DNA of 64,000 nucleotides from positions 18,106,001 through 18,170,000 of the forward strand of contig NC_086097.1 in assembly GCF_963921235.1 (NCBI RefSeq). Reading direction: 5' to 3'. Made by a program: the position numbers and the translations under genes. The DNA is from Mobula hypostoma. Lineage: Eukaryota. This document shows, one piece after another, positions 50,340 to 61,825 of the stretch; position 1 is the stretch's first letter; every line of letters starts with the position of its first letter. The notes beneath the pieces are model-generated. The model was given only the letters and a program-made list of their open reading frames with translations, was not told the origin of the DNA and made no database searches.

Positions 50340-51003
50340 GCACATATATTACTATATCACAAGTATGTTTTAAAAATAATTTGATAGCTCTATTTCAATA
50401 TAATTGGTTTTGTTGCAATCCTGTGTATATAATTTGATCTATTTAATTTCATTATTCTGAGAAGGGGTCCACCGGACTGCCAAAGGGGGTCCATGGCATT
50501 TAAAAAAAAAAGTTGAGAACCTCTCTTCTAGAGTTTAGAAGAACACCAGGTAGAGCAGTGGGACCAAGTAAAGGTACCTGTTTATCCTCACTTCTCTCTT
50601 TCGCTCTTCTCTCTGGGTTGGAGTCAGTTCTCAGCCATCTAAAACATAAAAAAAAACAAGGACTGAAGGATTGAAAACATAAACTAGTCATATGTATTAT
50701 TCACACTTTTTACAAGGAAACACAATTGGAACAAAAACAAGGTACTTTTAGTGCATTGAGGTCATAGTGTTGTTAAACCATGGTGGCTCGGGTTTAGCCA
50801 GGTTGTTCATGAGCTGAATGGTTGCTGGGAAGTAGCTGTTCTTGGACCTTGTGATGTGGGACTTCAGGCTTATGTACCCCATGTCCGATGGTAGCTGCGA
50901 TATGATTCCGCTCAAATATCATTCAAGGCTACCACTTCCTATTGCTATTCCTGTTGCTAATGCCAAAGTCAAAGTTAAGTTCATTGTTATAAGCATAAGC
51001 ACC

Positions 51004-51731
51004 TGGTAAAGGTTTTACTGCTGGTGTTGTAGGGACTCCATGTAATGGTCTTTCTGTAGAAGCAGTGTGTTCTGCTGGCAGTGCTTGGCTTACCATTGAT
51101 GATGAGGGATGTGTTATCCAATCAGGAGAGTGGAAATGGGAGAACGTACTAGAGAACGCTGGCATAGCAGTTTTTGTGACCAACACCGAGGTAAGTCGAG
51201 GTCTTTTTTGGCGGGAGATGGAGAGAGAAGGAGCTCAATAGAACTGGCTGTAAGATTTGATTGGGCAGGAATGTGTGATCCAATAGAGCCCAAGAGGGGT
51301 CTCTGGAAATGTGAAACTTTTACCAGGCATGGGAGCTGGTGCAGTGTGTACATCAAAATCAATGGCTTCTGAAAGATTTAAACTATCACATGTGCACTGT
51401 GGTGTTTAAGTATAATGGGCCCTTTTTGGTTTTTTTCATTCCTTCCTTTAATAACTGTTTGCTTAAGTTAACATTCTTAAATATACTCCTTTATAATTAG
51501 ATGCAGTGTACAATTTGTTACTTCCTGCTGATGGGCGATTGCCAGGGGCAGTATATCACACAGCAGTCACACAAACCGGGGTTTGGGTGGGCAAGGCTTC
51601 CGAACCTCACAGATTTTGTGGGACTGAAGTTGTATACACACAAGTTGGGTTCTCGCTGCAGAGTTCAGTGGCTGTTAGTGGGGGGCTAATAAGCCACATT
51701 TCTAGAGATGCCCAGTAAAAGGGGTTTTACA
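51004..51731. mobile_element. Candidate solo LTR
   Basis: TG...TTACA ends; flanks CACC/CAGC (imperfect); interrupts a LINE-tail remnant. Confidence 0.45.
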
Positions 51732-53510
51732 CAGCTGCAATGAAAAACTAACTTGGAGAAGCATTGCAGGCAAAAAATTATCTATGCAGCATTAATAAGG
51801 AAAACATAACTTATGTACACAATTATATACAAAAATTTACTGTAAATATGCATTTAGGTAGCAAGTGAGTGCACTTTCAGACATGAAAGTGATGTCCAGG
51901 GTAATATATGGATTTGTTGTCAAAACAAATATGAATGATTGTATTGTGTATTGGCTAAGTTACAGATGGCTGAATAAAAAAATTGGTCAAAAATCCAATG
52001 CATCCAGGAGAAGATTGGAGGTTTTATGTTTGTCTTTAATAAAGGAATGTGGAGCAACTTCCTCTTGCACATACCTTTGCATGGGCCATTGCCGGAATTG
52101 TGATCTCTGATTTGCATTCAGTCTCTAGGTTTCAGGGCTGGTAGGCATTTTGAAATCTTGTCATTATACTGTTCGTTTTTTTCCCCCTTTCTTTAATCAT
52201 TTTGACCTTGTGCGCTCCTTTAGGTTTGAACAGGTTTTTGTGCACTGTAAGGTTAGCTTGTATACGTTGACCCATCGTCATCTGAGCTGGTGAAAGGCCA
52301 TTCTACAGTAGCACACTTCTGTAAGTCATCAGATGTTTGTGGAAGTCCTCTCGTCCATCTTGCTTTCTTTGTGACACCCTTCACTACCTTAGATCTTGGG
52401 TGATGTGGGCTGGAAGTTATAAGTCGAATCCCCAATCGCTGGCAAAGGACTCAAATTCACAGCTGTGGACCATTGTCTGATTCCACTTCACATGCCTCAC
52501 AAACACAACTTTCAGCAAAGTGATAAATGCTTTGCTGGATGTTGATTGCAGTGTTGCAACTTCCAGGTAATTTGAAAAGTAGTCTGTTAGAGCAATATGA
52601 CTCTTTCCATTACATTCAAACAAATCCACTCCAACTTTGTGGCTTGTCTGGTACAGGGTGTGGTGTAAGCAGTTCAGCTTGCTGCTTAGGTCTGTAAGTA
52701 AGGCATATTTCACATGAAGCAATGGTCCGGCTGATGTCTTGGTTCATTCTTGGCCAGTACATCAGTTCATGAGCTCTTTGTTTACATTTCTCCTCACCAA
52801 GATGCCCGTCATGGGATCATTTCCTTGCTTAGCAAAACCTGGATCACAAATCTGTTGCCTTTGAAGACCATTTCTTTGACCACTGACAGTTCAGCTTTGC
52901 ATGCCCAGTAATCTCAAATACACATTGGACAGTTATTCTTAATTGCTGGCCATGCTTTCTGAATTGTCTGAGTACTTTCATTGTTTCATCTGTCCCTGCA
53001 GTTGTCCTCATCTTCTCTGTTCTCTCAGGAGATACTGGAATGCAGGTGACAATCATGTCAACATAGGCTTGTATGTCAACATCAATCTCTTGGTCACTCT
53101 CCTTTCTCGTTGACTGCTCGAGGCAATGCATCAGCAGTAAACATGTATATTTTCCTGGTGTGTAGTTCATCTGCCTGTCATATTTCTGAAGCCTTATCAA
53201 CATGAGCTGTATCCTTGAGGGATAGTTTTTCAGTGGTTTATGGTCTGTCTCCACTTCAAAAGCTTGTCCATATATGTACCATTGGAACTTTTTGTATGAA
53301 TCAAGAAGCTTTCTTTGTCTGTGCATAGTTAGCTTCCATATTTGTTAAAGCCCTAGATGCTTCAGCCACAGATTGCCATGTGTCATCATCATGCTGCTGC
53401 AGTAGTACTGCTCCAAGGCCACACTAGGACACATCAGCCAAGATCCTAGCAACACACATCAAAGTTGCTGGTGAACACAGCAGGCCAGGCAGCATCTCTA
53501 GGAGGAGGTA

Positions 53511-53548
53511 CAGCCGACGTTTCAGGCTGAGACCCTTCGTCAGGACTA
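53511..53548 (-). ncRNA. Minimal type I hammerhead ribozyme motif
   Basis: AGTC-CTGACGA-AGG(GTCTCAG)CCT-GAAAC-GTC-GGCT; helix I retains a G-U wobble. Confidence 0.75.
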
Positions 53549-54586
53549 ACTGAAGGAAGAGTTAGTAAGAGATTTGAAAGGGGGAGGGGGAGGGGGAAAT
53601 CCAAAATGATAGGAGAAGACAGGAGGGGAGGGATGGAGCCAAGAGCTGGACAGGTGATAGGCAAAAGGGATATGAGAGGATCATGGGACAGGAGGCCCAG
53701 GGAGAAAGAAAAGGGAGGGGGAAACCCAGAGAATGGGCAAGGGGTATAGTCAGAGGGACAGAGGGTGAAAAAGGAGAGTGAAAGAATGTGTGTATAAAAA
53801 TAAATAACGGATGGGGTACGAGGGGGAGGTGGGGCCTTAGCGGAAGTTAGAGAAGTCGATGTTCATGCCATCAGGTTGGAGGTTACCCAGACGGAATATA
53901 AGGTGTTGTTCCTCCAACCTGAGTGTGGCTTCATCTTTACAGTAGAGGAGGCCGTGGATAGACGTGTCAGAATGGGATGTGGAATTAAAATGTGTGGCCA
54001 CTGTGAGATCCTGCTTTCTCTGGCGGACAGAGCGTAGGTGTTCAGCAAAGCGGTCTCCCAGTCTGCGTCGGGTCTCGCCAATATATAGAAGGCCACATCG
54101 GGAGCACCGGACGCAGTATATCACCCCAGTCGACTCACAGGTGAAGTGTCGCCTCACCTGGAAGGAATGTCTGGGGCCCTGAATGGTGGTAAGGGAGGAA
54201 GTGTAAGGGCGTGTGTAGCACTTGTTCCGCTTACAAGGATAAGTCTCCAACCTGATGGCATGAACATTGACTTCTCTAACTTCCGCTAATGCCCCACCTC
54301 CCCCTCGTACCCCATCCGTTATTTATTTTTATACACACATTCTTTCTCTCACTCTCCTTTTTCTCCCTCTGTCCCTCTGAATATACCCCTTGCCCATCCT
54401 CTGGGTTCTCCCCCCCCGCCCCTGTCTTTCTCCCCGGATCTCCTGTCCCATGATCCCCTCGTATCCCCTTTGCCAATCACCTGTCCAGCTCTTGGCTCCA
54501 TCCCTCCCCATCCTGTCTTCTCCTATCATTTTGGATCTCCCCCTCCCCCTCCCACTTTCAAGTCTCTTACTAACTCGTCCTTCAGT

Positions 54587-54624
54587 TAGTCCTGACGAAG
54601 GGTCTCAGCCTGAAACGTCGACTG
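54587..54624 (+). ncRNA. Minimal type I hammerhead ribozyme motif
   Basis: AGTC-CTGACGA-AGG(GTCTCAG)CCT-GAAAC-GTC-GACT. Confidence 0.8.
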
Positions 54625-54904
54625 TACCTCCTCCTAGAGATGCTGCCTGGCCTGCTGCGTTCACCAGCAACTTTGTGTGTTGCTTGAATTTCCAGCATCT
54701 GCAGAATTCCTGTTGTTAGCCAAGATCCTAGAACACTTTTCTGGATCATAAACCTTCAGCACGGGCTCTTCAGTTAGGATTCTTCTCAGGCTCAGGAAAC
54801 ACATTTCTTGCTCGTGAGACCAAATCCACTCATTTCCTGCTCAAGGAGTGACCTAAGTGGTGCTGACACAACAGACAGTTGAGGGATGAACTTAGCCAGG
54901 TAAG

Positions 54905-55828
54905 ATAGGACCAAAAGATATAGTGGTTAGCTCCGCTATTCAATCGTGGACTGATCTAATTCTTCCAGTCATCCCCACTCCTCTGCCGTCTCCCCAAACC
55001 CTTTGATGCCCTAGTTATCTCTGCCTTAAATGCATCCAATGACTTGGCCCCCACAGCCGCTCGTGGCAACAAATTCCACAAACTTACCACCCTCTGACTA
55101 AAGTAATTTCTCCACATCTCAGTTCTAAATGGATGTCCTTCAATCCTGAAGTCATGCCCTCTTGTCCTAACTCCCCTACCATGGGAAATAACTTTGCCAT
55201 ATCTAATCTGTTCAGGCCTTTTAATATTCAAAATGTTTCTGAGATTTCCTCCTCATTCTCCTGAACTCCTGGGAAAACAGCCCAAGAGCTGCCAAATGTT
55301 CCTCATACAGTAACCCTTTCATTCCTGGAATCATTCTCGTGAAACTTTTTGGAACCCTCTCCAATGTCAGTATATCTTTTCTAAAATAAGAAGCCCAAAC
55401 TGCACACAATACTCCAAGTGTGGTCTACGAGTGCTTTATAGAGCCTCAACATCACATCCCTGCTCTTATATTCTACACCTCTAGAAATAAGTGCCAACAT
55501 TGCATTCACCTTCTTCACCACTGACTCAACCTGGAGGTTAACTTTAAGGGTATCCTGCACGAGGACTCCCAAGTCCCTTTGCATCTCTGCATTTTGAATT
55601 CTCTCCCCATCTAAATAATAGTCTGCCCATTTATTTCTTCCACCAAAATGCATGACCATACACTTTCCAACATTGTATTTCATTTGCCACTTCTTTGCCC
55701 ATTCCCCTAAACTCTGCAAGTCTCTCTGCAGGTTCTCTGTTTCCTCAACACTACCTGCCCCTCCACATATCTTTGTATCATCGACAAATTTAGCCACAAA
55801 TCCGTTACTCCCATAGTCCAAATCCCAT
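54905..55828 (-). mobile_element. CR1 LINE 3' fragment nested in Gypsy
   Basis: AKFVDDTKI...WQMKYNVGKC (55381-55842); 7-bp TSD AGGTAAG at 54898-54904 / 55829-55835. Confidence 0.85.
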
Positions 55829-58362
55829 AGGTAAGTCACCATCTCCAGGAACGTCTCACTTCCTCTTTGTTCTGGGGCCTCTCCATCTTCCCAATGGCTG
55901 ATGTCTTCCTTGGGTCAGGCGTCACTACCTCTTCGATATGTCATCTCCTATGAAAGTCATGTCTTAACACCAAATTCACAATTCTCTTTATTGAATTTCA
56001 AATTGACCTTCTGTGTCGTGTTCAGCATCTGTCTCAGTCGTGGATCATGTTCTTCATGTCATTGGTGGACCTGCCCCCAGATGATGTCATCCATCATGGT
56101 CTCGACACCAGGCACGCCCTCAAATATTGTGTTGATAGATTTATGACAGAGTTCAGGCACAGTATACGAAGAAAGCAATTATCTTCTCTCTGGTGTGCTA
56201 AAAGTATGCAGTCTTAAAACTGCCTCATCAAGCTTCATCTGACAAAATTCAGATGATGCGTTGTGTTTGCTAAACCACTCAGCACCTGCAAACCAGGACA
56301 TGACCTCCTCCCACACTGGCAATTTAAAGTGTTCTCTCTCGATGGGTTTATTGAGATCTCTTGGGTGTAAACATGTCAACAATGCTCCATCTCTTTTTGC
56401 ACGATGACCAGGGAACTCACCCAATCTGATGTTTATCCATTACATGTGTGCTCCTTCTTGTTTGAGATTGTCTCCAAGTGCAAACAGAATTTTCCTGCAT
56501 GCATGGACAACAAGAACCACTGTCTCATCTATATAAATCTTGTGTACCCCGGGTAAACATCCAAGCCCCTCAGCGACATCTGTGTACTCTTCCATGAGGG
56601 AAGTGTGGTTATCTTTGGACTGTGAGGCCACAATGAAAACTCTTTTCACCAGGTTAAGCTTTCCACGTGCACTCAGACCGAATATTGGCTGTATTTGCTT
56701 TTCAACAATCAGTAGCTGTGCCTTTAGGTGCTGCCCCTTATGCTTGAAAGTCACTACACAGCCCTCTTTTACTGCAACATTTTCTCCAATAAAGTCTGTC
56801 ACTGTTAACTTAGCTGGGTACATCTTGCTCTTTAGTTTTGGAGTCTTGTAATCATCCGCAGACAACATTTTTACCTGGGTTCTGGTGTCAATCTTGAATG
56901 GAATTACTGTCTCATTCAGAGTTACTGGGACAATCTGTTTTGTCCAACCAGCACCAGCGGTCTGTAGAGAATCTAGAAAAACGTCCTCCATTGCCTTAGC
57001 AACCTTGTGTATCTTTCTCTTGGCAGCCCCAGCTTTGCAACACTTTGCAAAATGATTCTTCTTCCCACACTAGTGGCAGGATGTTCCACAAGCAATACAC
57101 TTCTTTGGGACGTGCCTACCTCCTCATTTGCTGTATTTGCTCTTTGAGCCTATCTCTTTGCTTTGGGAAACACCCTGTGCTCTGCCCCTCCGTTTTCACA
57201 GCAAGCACTGTTGGGTCAGCGCTGTGCAGCTCCTTGGCTTGTGCTCTTGTGGTTTCTGCTGTCCTACACATTCACAGCCTTTTCCAGCGTTAAACCTTTT
57301 TCACAGACCAATCGTTCTCTGAGCTCATTATTTAAAGTTCTGCAAATTATTTTGTCTCTAACTGGTGAGTCTCTCAAATCTCAAACTCACAGCACTTACT
57401 CAGAGTGGGTAGCTCTGCGAAGTATTGGTCGAAGCTAACACCTTGTTTCTGGTCACAGGAAAAGAACTTGCAAATGTGATGTTTTTACTTGGAGAAAAAA
57501 TACTCAAATATTTTCATCAGAATGTCCAATGTCAAGATTGTCTCATCAAACTGAAAGCTGTTGTAGATGTCGAAAACATTTTCACCATTTATGTGTAGAA
57601 AGATAGACAATTTAAAATTTTCCTCTGCCCTGCCAGCTCTGGTCGTTGCTAAGTATATACAGAATCATGGTTTGAAGCATTTCCAGTTATCAGTTAGATT
57701 GTCGGTAAACTGCATAGGTCCGGGAGGACTTAAGTTATCTATTCGGGGCTCTCAGCTGAATCTCTCCTGGTGAATTCAGTGAACAACGGCAGCTTTGGGC
57801 ACAAGGTGCTCTTTGGGTGGCAGCTTCTCTCTGTCAGAACTAGCGTCTTTTTCTTAATCACTGCTAGTACATTTACTATGTTTGTTCTTAATAAAGGCAA
57901 ACAGCATGGGTAAAAACACTAACATATTTATTTACAGGACACTCCAGTCATGGATTTAGCTTGACCTGAACACAATGTCCCAATGTCACTTCTGCTTTGC
58001 ACACTGAGCACTGAAGTTCGTTATCATGTATGCACATAATAACAGAAGAGGGCAAACGATTGTATTAAAGTAAACTTGGAGGAAGGACTAAGTAACTTCT
58101 CTGTGTGGTTGTCACATTCCTGCTTCAATAGTAATTAAAAGTTGTACACTTTATTTTCAAATTCATCATTTGGTCAAATTCTTCAGCATCTACTTTACAT
58201 CTTTTCAAACCAGGTTAGAGTGAAAAATACTGTTAATTCTGAAACTAGCAATAGCTGAAACTAAGACAACAATTTACAATTCTGCACCTGCCAAGGTAGT
58301 ACATTACATTCAAATCTTCTTCCATATACTGTATATCTCTCTCAAAACTTATTTTAAATCAG

Positions 58363-58602
58363 TGAACAAGATGGCAACAAATTGCATTGGGAAGCAGATC
58401 CAATCTATAGAGATTTCACTCACTTTCTCATTAGCCTATTTGCAATGCTGCAGTCCCTTGGCACCGCATCACTGCATCAAAATTCTTCTGTTTCATCAAT
58501 GGAAAATGTTTTTGATTTCCACTTTAATAAAACCAATCCATTGTATTATCCCATAAAAAAAAGTCCATTTCTCTTTTCTGCATTGGAGTTTCAGCCACAT
58601 TT
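58363..58602 (+). CDS. Candidate coding exon of an unidentified host gene (EQDGNKLHWEADPIYRDFTHFLISLFAML...ALEFQPH)
   Basis: Non-repeat sequence; acceptor ...TTTTAAATCAG; 240-nt open frame (phase 2-2); consensus donor TT|GTAAGT, with the frame closing right after the donor. Confidence 0.7.
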
Positions 58603-58970
58603 GTAAGTACACTCGCCCTCTGGATGTTTGTGGCTTCAAGTACCTCTTCAAAGACTGATAATTTAGGCTTATATTCTAAACCAGCAGTAGAACCAACAGG
58701 ACTCTCTGCCTCAAGAAGGCAACATGCATCCTTAAAGATCCTCAGTATTCAAGCCAATCATCTTGGTGGTGTGGCACTTTAGACTCCTACCATCAGGCAG
58801 GAGTTTTAAAGTCTCACACCACCAAGTTCAAGAACAGATACTTCAACCATTTGATTCTTGAACTAACCAGAAGAACTCTAATGATTGGACTTTAGCAACG
58901 TTCTGACCATTTGCACTAAAATGGACTTTGTTTTATTCTAATTGCCTTCTTTCTTGTAAAAACTGTTTAA

Positions 58971-59933
58971 CAATGGACAACACATTTTCATAAGTGTTGC
59001 TTCCACAGCTTTTTCTTTTTGCTTCTGATAGACAGCTTGAAGTTCATCACAAATACAATTTCAACCTACTTGTAATACCTAGGAGTTCGGAGAATCAAGA
59101 AATGAACTGTTATTGAATATAATGTGTTTAATTGCATAACGGTGCAGATGCTTTGCAATGGTATAACTAAGCTAAAAATGTTTTGATGATGATTTTCATT
59201 TGTACTCAGTGTTTGAGGCTTCTCGCTTAAGTGCCAACAATAATCAGCCAGCATTGATGGATTCCAGTTGCGCTGATACCATTTCTCCATGTCAGTAATG
59301 TCCTAGTGAAACCTTTCACCATTTTCGTCATTGACAGTGCCAAAGGTTACAGGGAAGTCATCTAAATGGGAATGCAGAAAATGAATCTTTAGTGACATGT
59401 TGCACTTCATGGTTTTGTATGCTTAAGGCATATTGTCAAACATCTGCACCTAGTCTGGTGCTCTGCAGCTGCCAAGAAAATTTTCAACAATAGCCTTGAA
59501 TGTCTTCCATGTGATTTTCTCCGGTCCCACTAGAAGTTCTTTGAATTGCCCGTCACTGATGGTTTGATTTGTGAACCAATAAAAATGCCTTCCTTAATCT
59601 TAGCATCAGTTATTCTGGGAAACATCTGTCTCAAAAATTGAAACTCTTCACGGAAATTTATAGTCTTTCTAAAGCCTGCCTGCCATGCAGCAATCGCTCT
59701 GCCTAAGCATACCCAGGTATGCTTGGACAAGATAGAAAAAAAATTCAGCTTACATTTACATTGTGAGCAACATTTTAATTGACTTGAATTAGAAATTGAA
59801 GTAACAAATATCAGTGATTTCAAAACAATAGGGTGCAATAGAGAAATTTCAAGCTGATTTTCATAATCAGCAGCCCAAAATCCGTAAGATACACCCAAAA
59901 GTATTCATGAAGCAAAATCTTTGTTGTCCAGTA
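58971..59933 (-). mobile_element. Internally deleted Chapaev3-like DNA transposon
   Basis: AKIKEGIFIG, MSLKIHFLHSHLD...GERFH and MEKWYQRNWNPSMLADYCW; termini CAATGGACAAC / GTTGTCCAGTA (inferred ancestral CACTGGACAAC); flanks TAA/CAA. Confidence 0.65.
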
Positions 59934-61169
59934 CAATCTGTTTAATTTATATTTTTCCCTGTGACTGCTGCTTAGACGATGCTATGTGCCTGTGATGTTG
60001 CAGCAAGTGAGCTCTTCAATATCTACATGTACTTGTACATATGACAATAAACTCCATTTTGACTTTCAAGTGCCATTGTGTTGGAAGCTCTGTCTTTGAA
60101 ATGAGACAGCATCAGGCAGGTAGATGAAAAAGATGCCATGGCACGGTTTTCAAAAAAATTCAGAGAGAGATAGTTAAATTTCCTAGTCAGTATTTAATTC
60201 CCAATCAACATCACTAAAAATAGATGGAAATTTTTTAAAAAGAGCCACAGATGTTTGAAATCTAAAATTAGAACTGGAAATGCTGGAACATTAATTCTAT
60301 TTCTCTTTCCACAAAAATTGCATGAACTGCACGTTCTTTTCTTCCTTCACTCGAAATAAATAATCTGCTGATTATTACATTGTTCCTTGCTCCCTGCCAT
60401 GTTATTACATCTATCATTACTGTCTGTGAATAGTCGCCTATCAGAAATCTGTAGACTACTCTGAGATATCCTGACGTTGTGTCAAGCACAAGAGGAAAGT
60501 GATATTATTGAACACATAAGGTTACAAGGGTTTTGGCAGGATTTGGCAGGAGTTTATGGAATTCATTGCTACTGATGACTGTGGAGGTCAAGTCATTGGA
60601 TATATTTAAAGCGGAGGTTGGTAGGTTCTTTATTAGTCAGGGCATGAAAGGATACGGGGAGAAGGCAGGAGAATATGGTTAAGAGCGAAAATGATGGAAT
60701 GGCAGAGCAGACTCAATGGGCTGAATGGCCTAGTTCTGCTCCTATATGTTATGGTTTTATAGTCTTTTGGATTTATTATGGAGATGTTTTCTTTTGTGAG
60801 AGATTAAAGTCATTGCACAACAGACTTTTACAAAATGGAAACAGGCTCTTCAGCCCATTATATCCATGCTGACCTTTTTACCCATCTATGCCCATCCTGC
60901 AGTAAGTCTGTATCCTTCTAGACCTTGCATATTTAAATGCCTTAAACGTAGTGATTGTATCTGACTACACCATCTCCCTTGACAGTGAGTTCCAGATGTC
61001 AAGCACTCTCTATGTAAAACACTTCACCTCAAAAATCCCTTTCAAATTCCTTCCTCTACCTTCTTCCTTAAACAAGTGCCTTCTTGCTTTTGATCACTGT
61101 TCATTACATGCCATATCGTATATCGTGGGAGATCATAGTCTAATCCATGACCATGTTTGTTTGATGGGT

Positions 61170-61605
61170 CTGGGTCTGGGTCTGTACTCTCTGGAATTTA
61201 GATGGATGACTGGGGATCACACTGAAACCTTTCAAATGTTGAAAGGCCTAGACAGAGTAGATGTGGAAAGGATGTTGCCTGTGGTGGGGGAGTCTAGAAC
61301 AAGAGGGCACAGCCTCAGGATAGAACAAAGATTTAAAACAGAGATGCGGAGAAATTTCTTTAGTTAGAGGGTGGTGAGTTTATGGAAGTTATTACCACAG
61401 GCAGCTGTGGAGGCCAGGTCGTTGGGTGTATTTAAGGCAGAGACTGATAGGTTCTTGATTGGACACAACAGCTAAGGTTATGGGAGGAAGGCTGGGGAAT
61501 GGGGCTGAGGAGGGATAAAAAAAAAGGGATCAGCTATGATTGAATGGTGGAGCAGGCTTAATGGGCCAAATGGCCTAATTCTGCTCCTGTGTCTTATGGT
61601 CTTAT
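61170..61605 (+). mobile_element. CR1 LINE 3' fragment
   Basis: LGLYSLEFR...GESRTRGHSL; (CTTATGGT)n-like tail. Confidence 0.8.
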
Positions 61606-61825
61606 GATTATTCTTGATGCTCCTGTCTCACAGCATTGTAGTCTTTCTCAGCAATGCTGATGGCTGCAGTCTATCTACTTCACTGATTATTCCATGTTCT
61701 GGTCAAGCTTTTCCTTCAGACCACTTTCTCATTGAACACTAAGCTTTCAGGTGCCTTCTGTTTTATGGGGAACACACACAAAGCACTGGAGGATCTCAGC
61801 AGGTCAGGCAGTATTTATGGAATGA

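Larger units (their letters stand above)
45343..50525 (+). mobile_element. Full-length decayed hAT DNA transposon (Charlie/Buster group) with six nested insertions
   Basis: TIRs CAGGGGTTCTTAACCT / AAGTTGAGAACCTCTC; degenerate 8-bp TSD CTCCAGAG / TTCTAGAG; transposase remnants KKRKY, FSVQLDETTD, VCTDG, THCF, LTYLADIF and CESGFS (48240-49920). Confidence 0.9.
53450..54717. mobile_element. Well-preserved Penelope insertion with inverted arms (minus 53450-~54243, plus ~54244-54717)
   Basis: GIY-YIG ORF 53837-54250; perfect 14-bp TSD AGCCAAGATCCTAG at 53436-53449 and 54718-54731. Confidence 0.92.
51880..58024 (-). mobile_element. Second decayed Gypsy LTR retrotransposon with nested Penelope and CR1
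   Basis: Protease FKIDT (56440-56991), RT (56179-56424), RNase H FEVETDHKPL (52844-53326), integrase VGVDLF...TSSPHHPRS (52253-52722); LTR boundaries not resolved. Confidence 0.8.
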
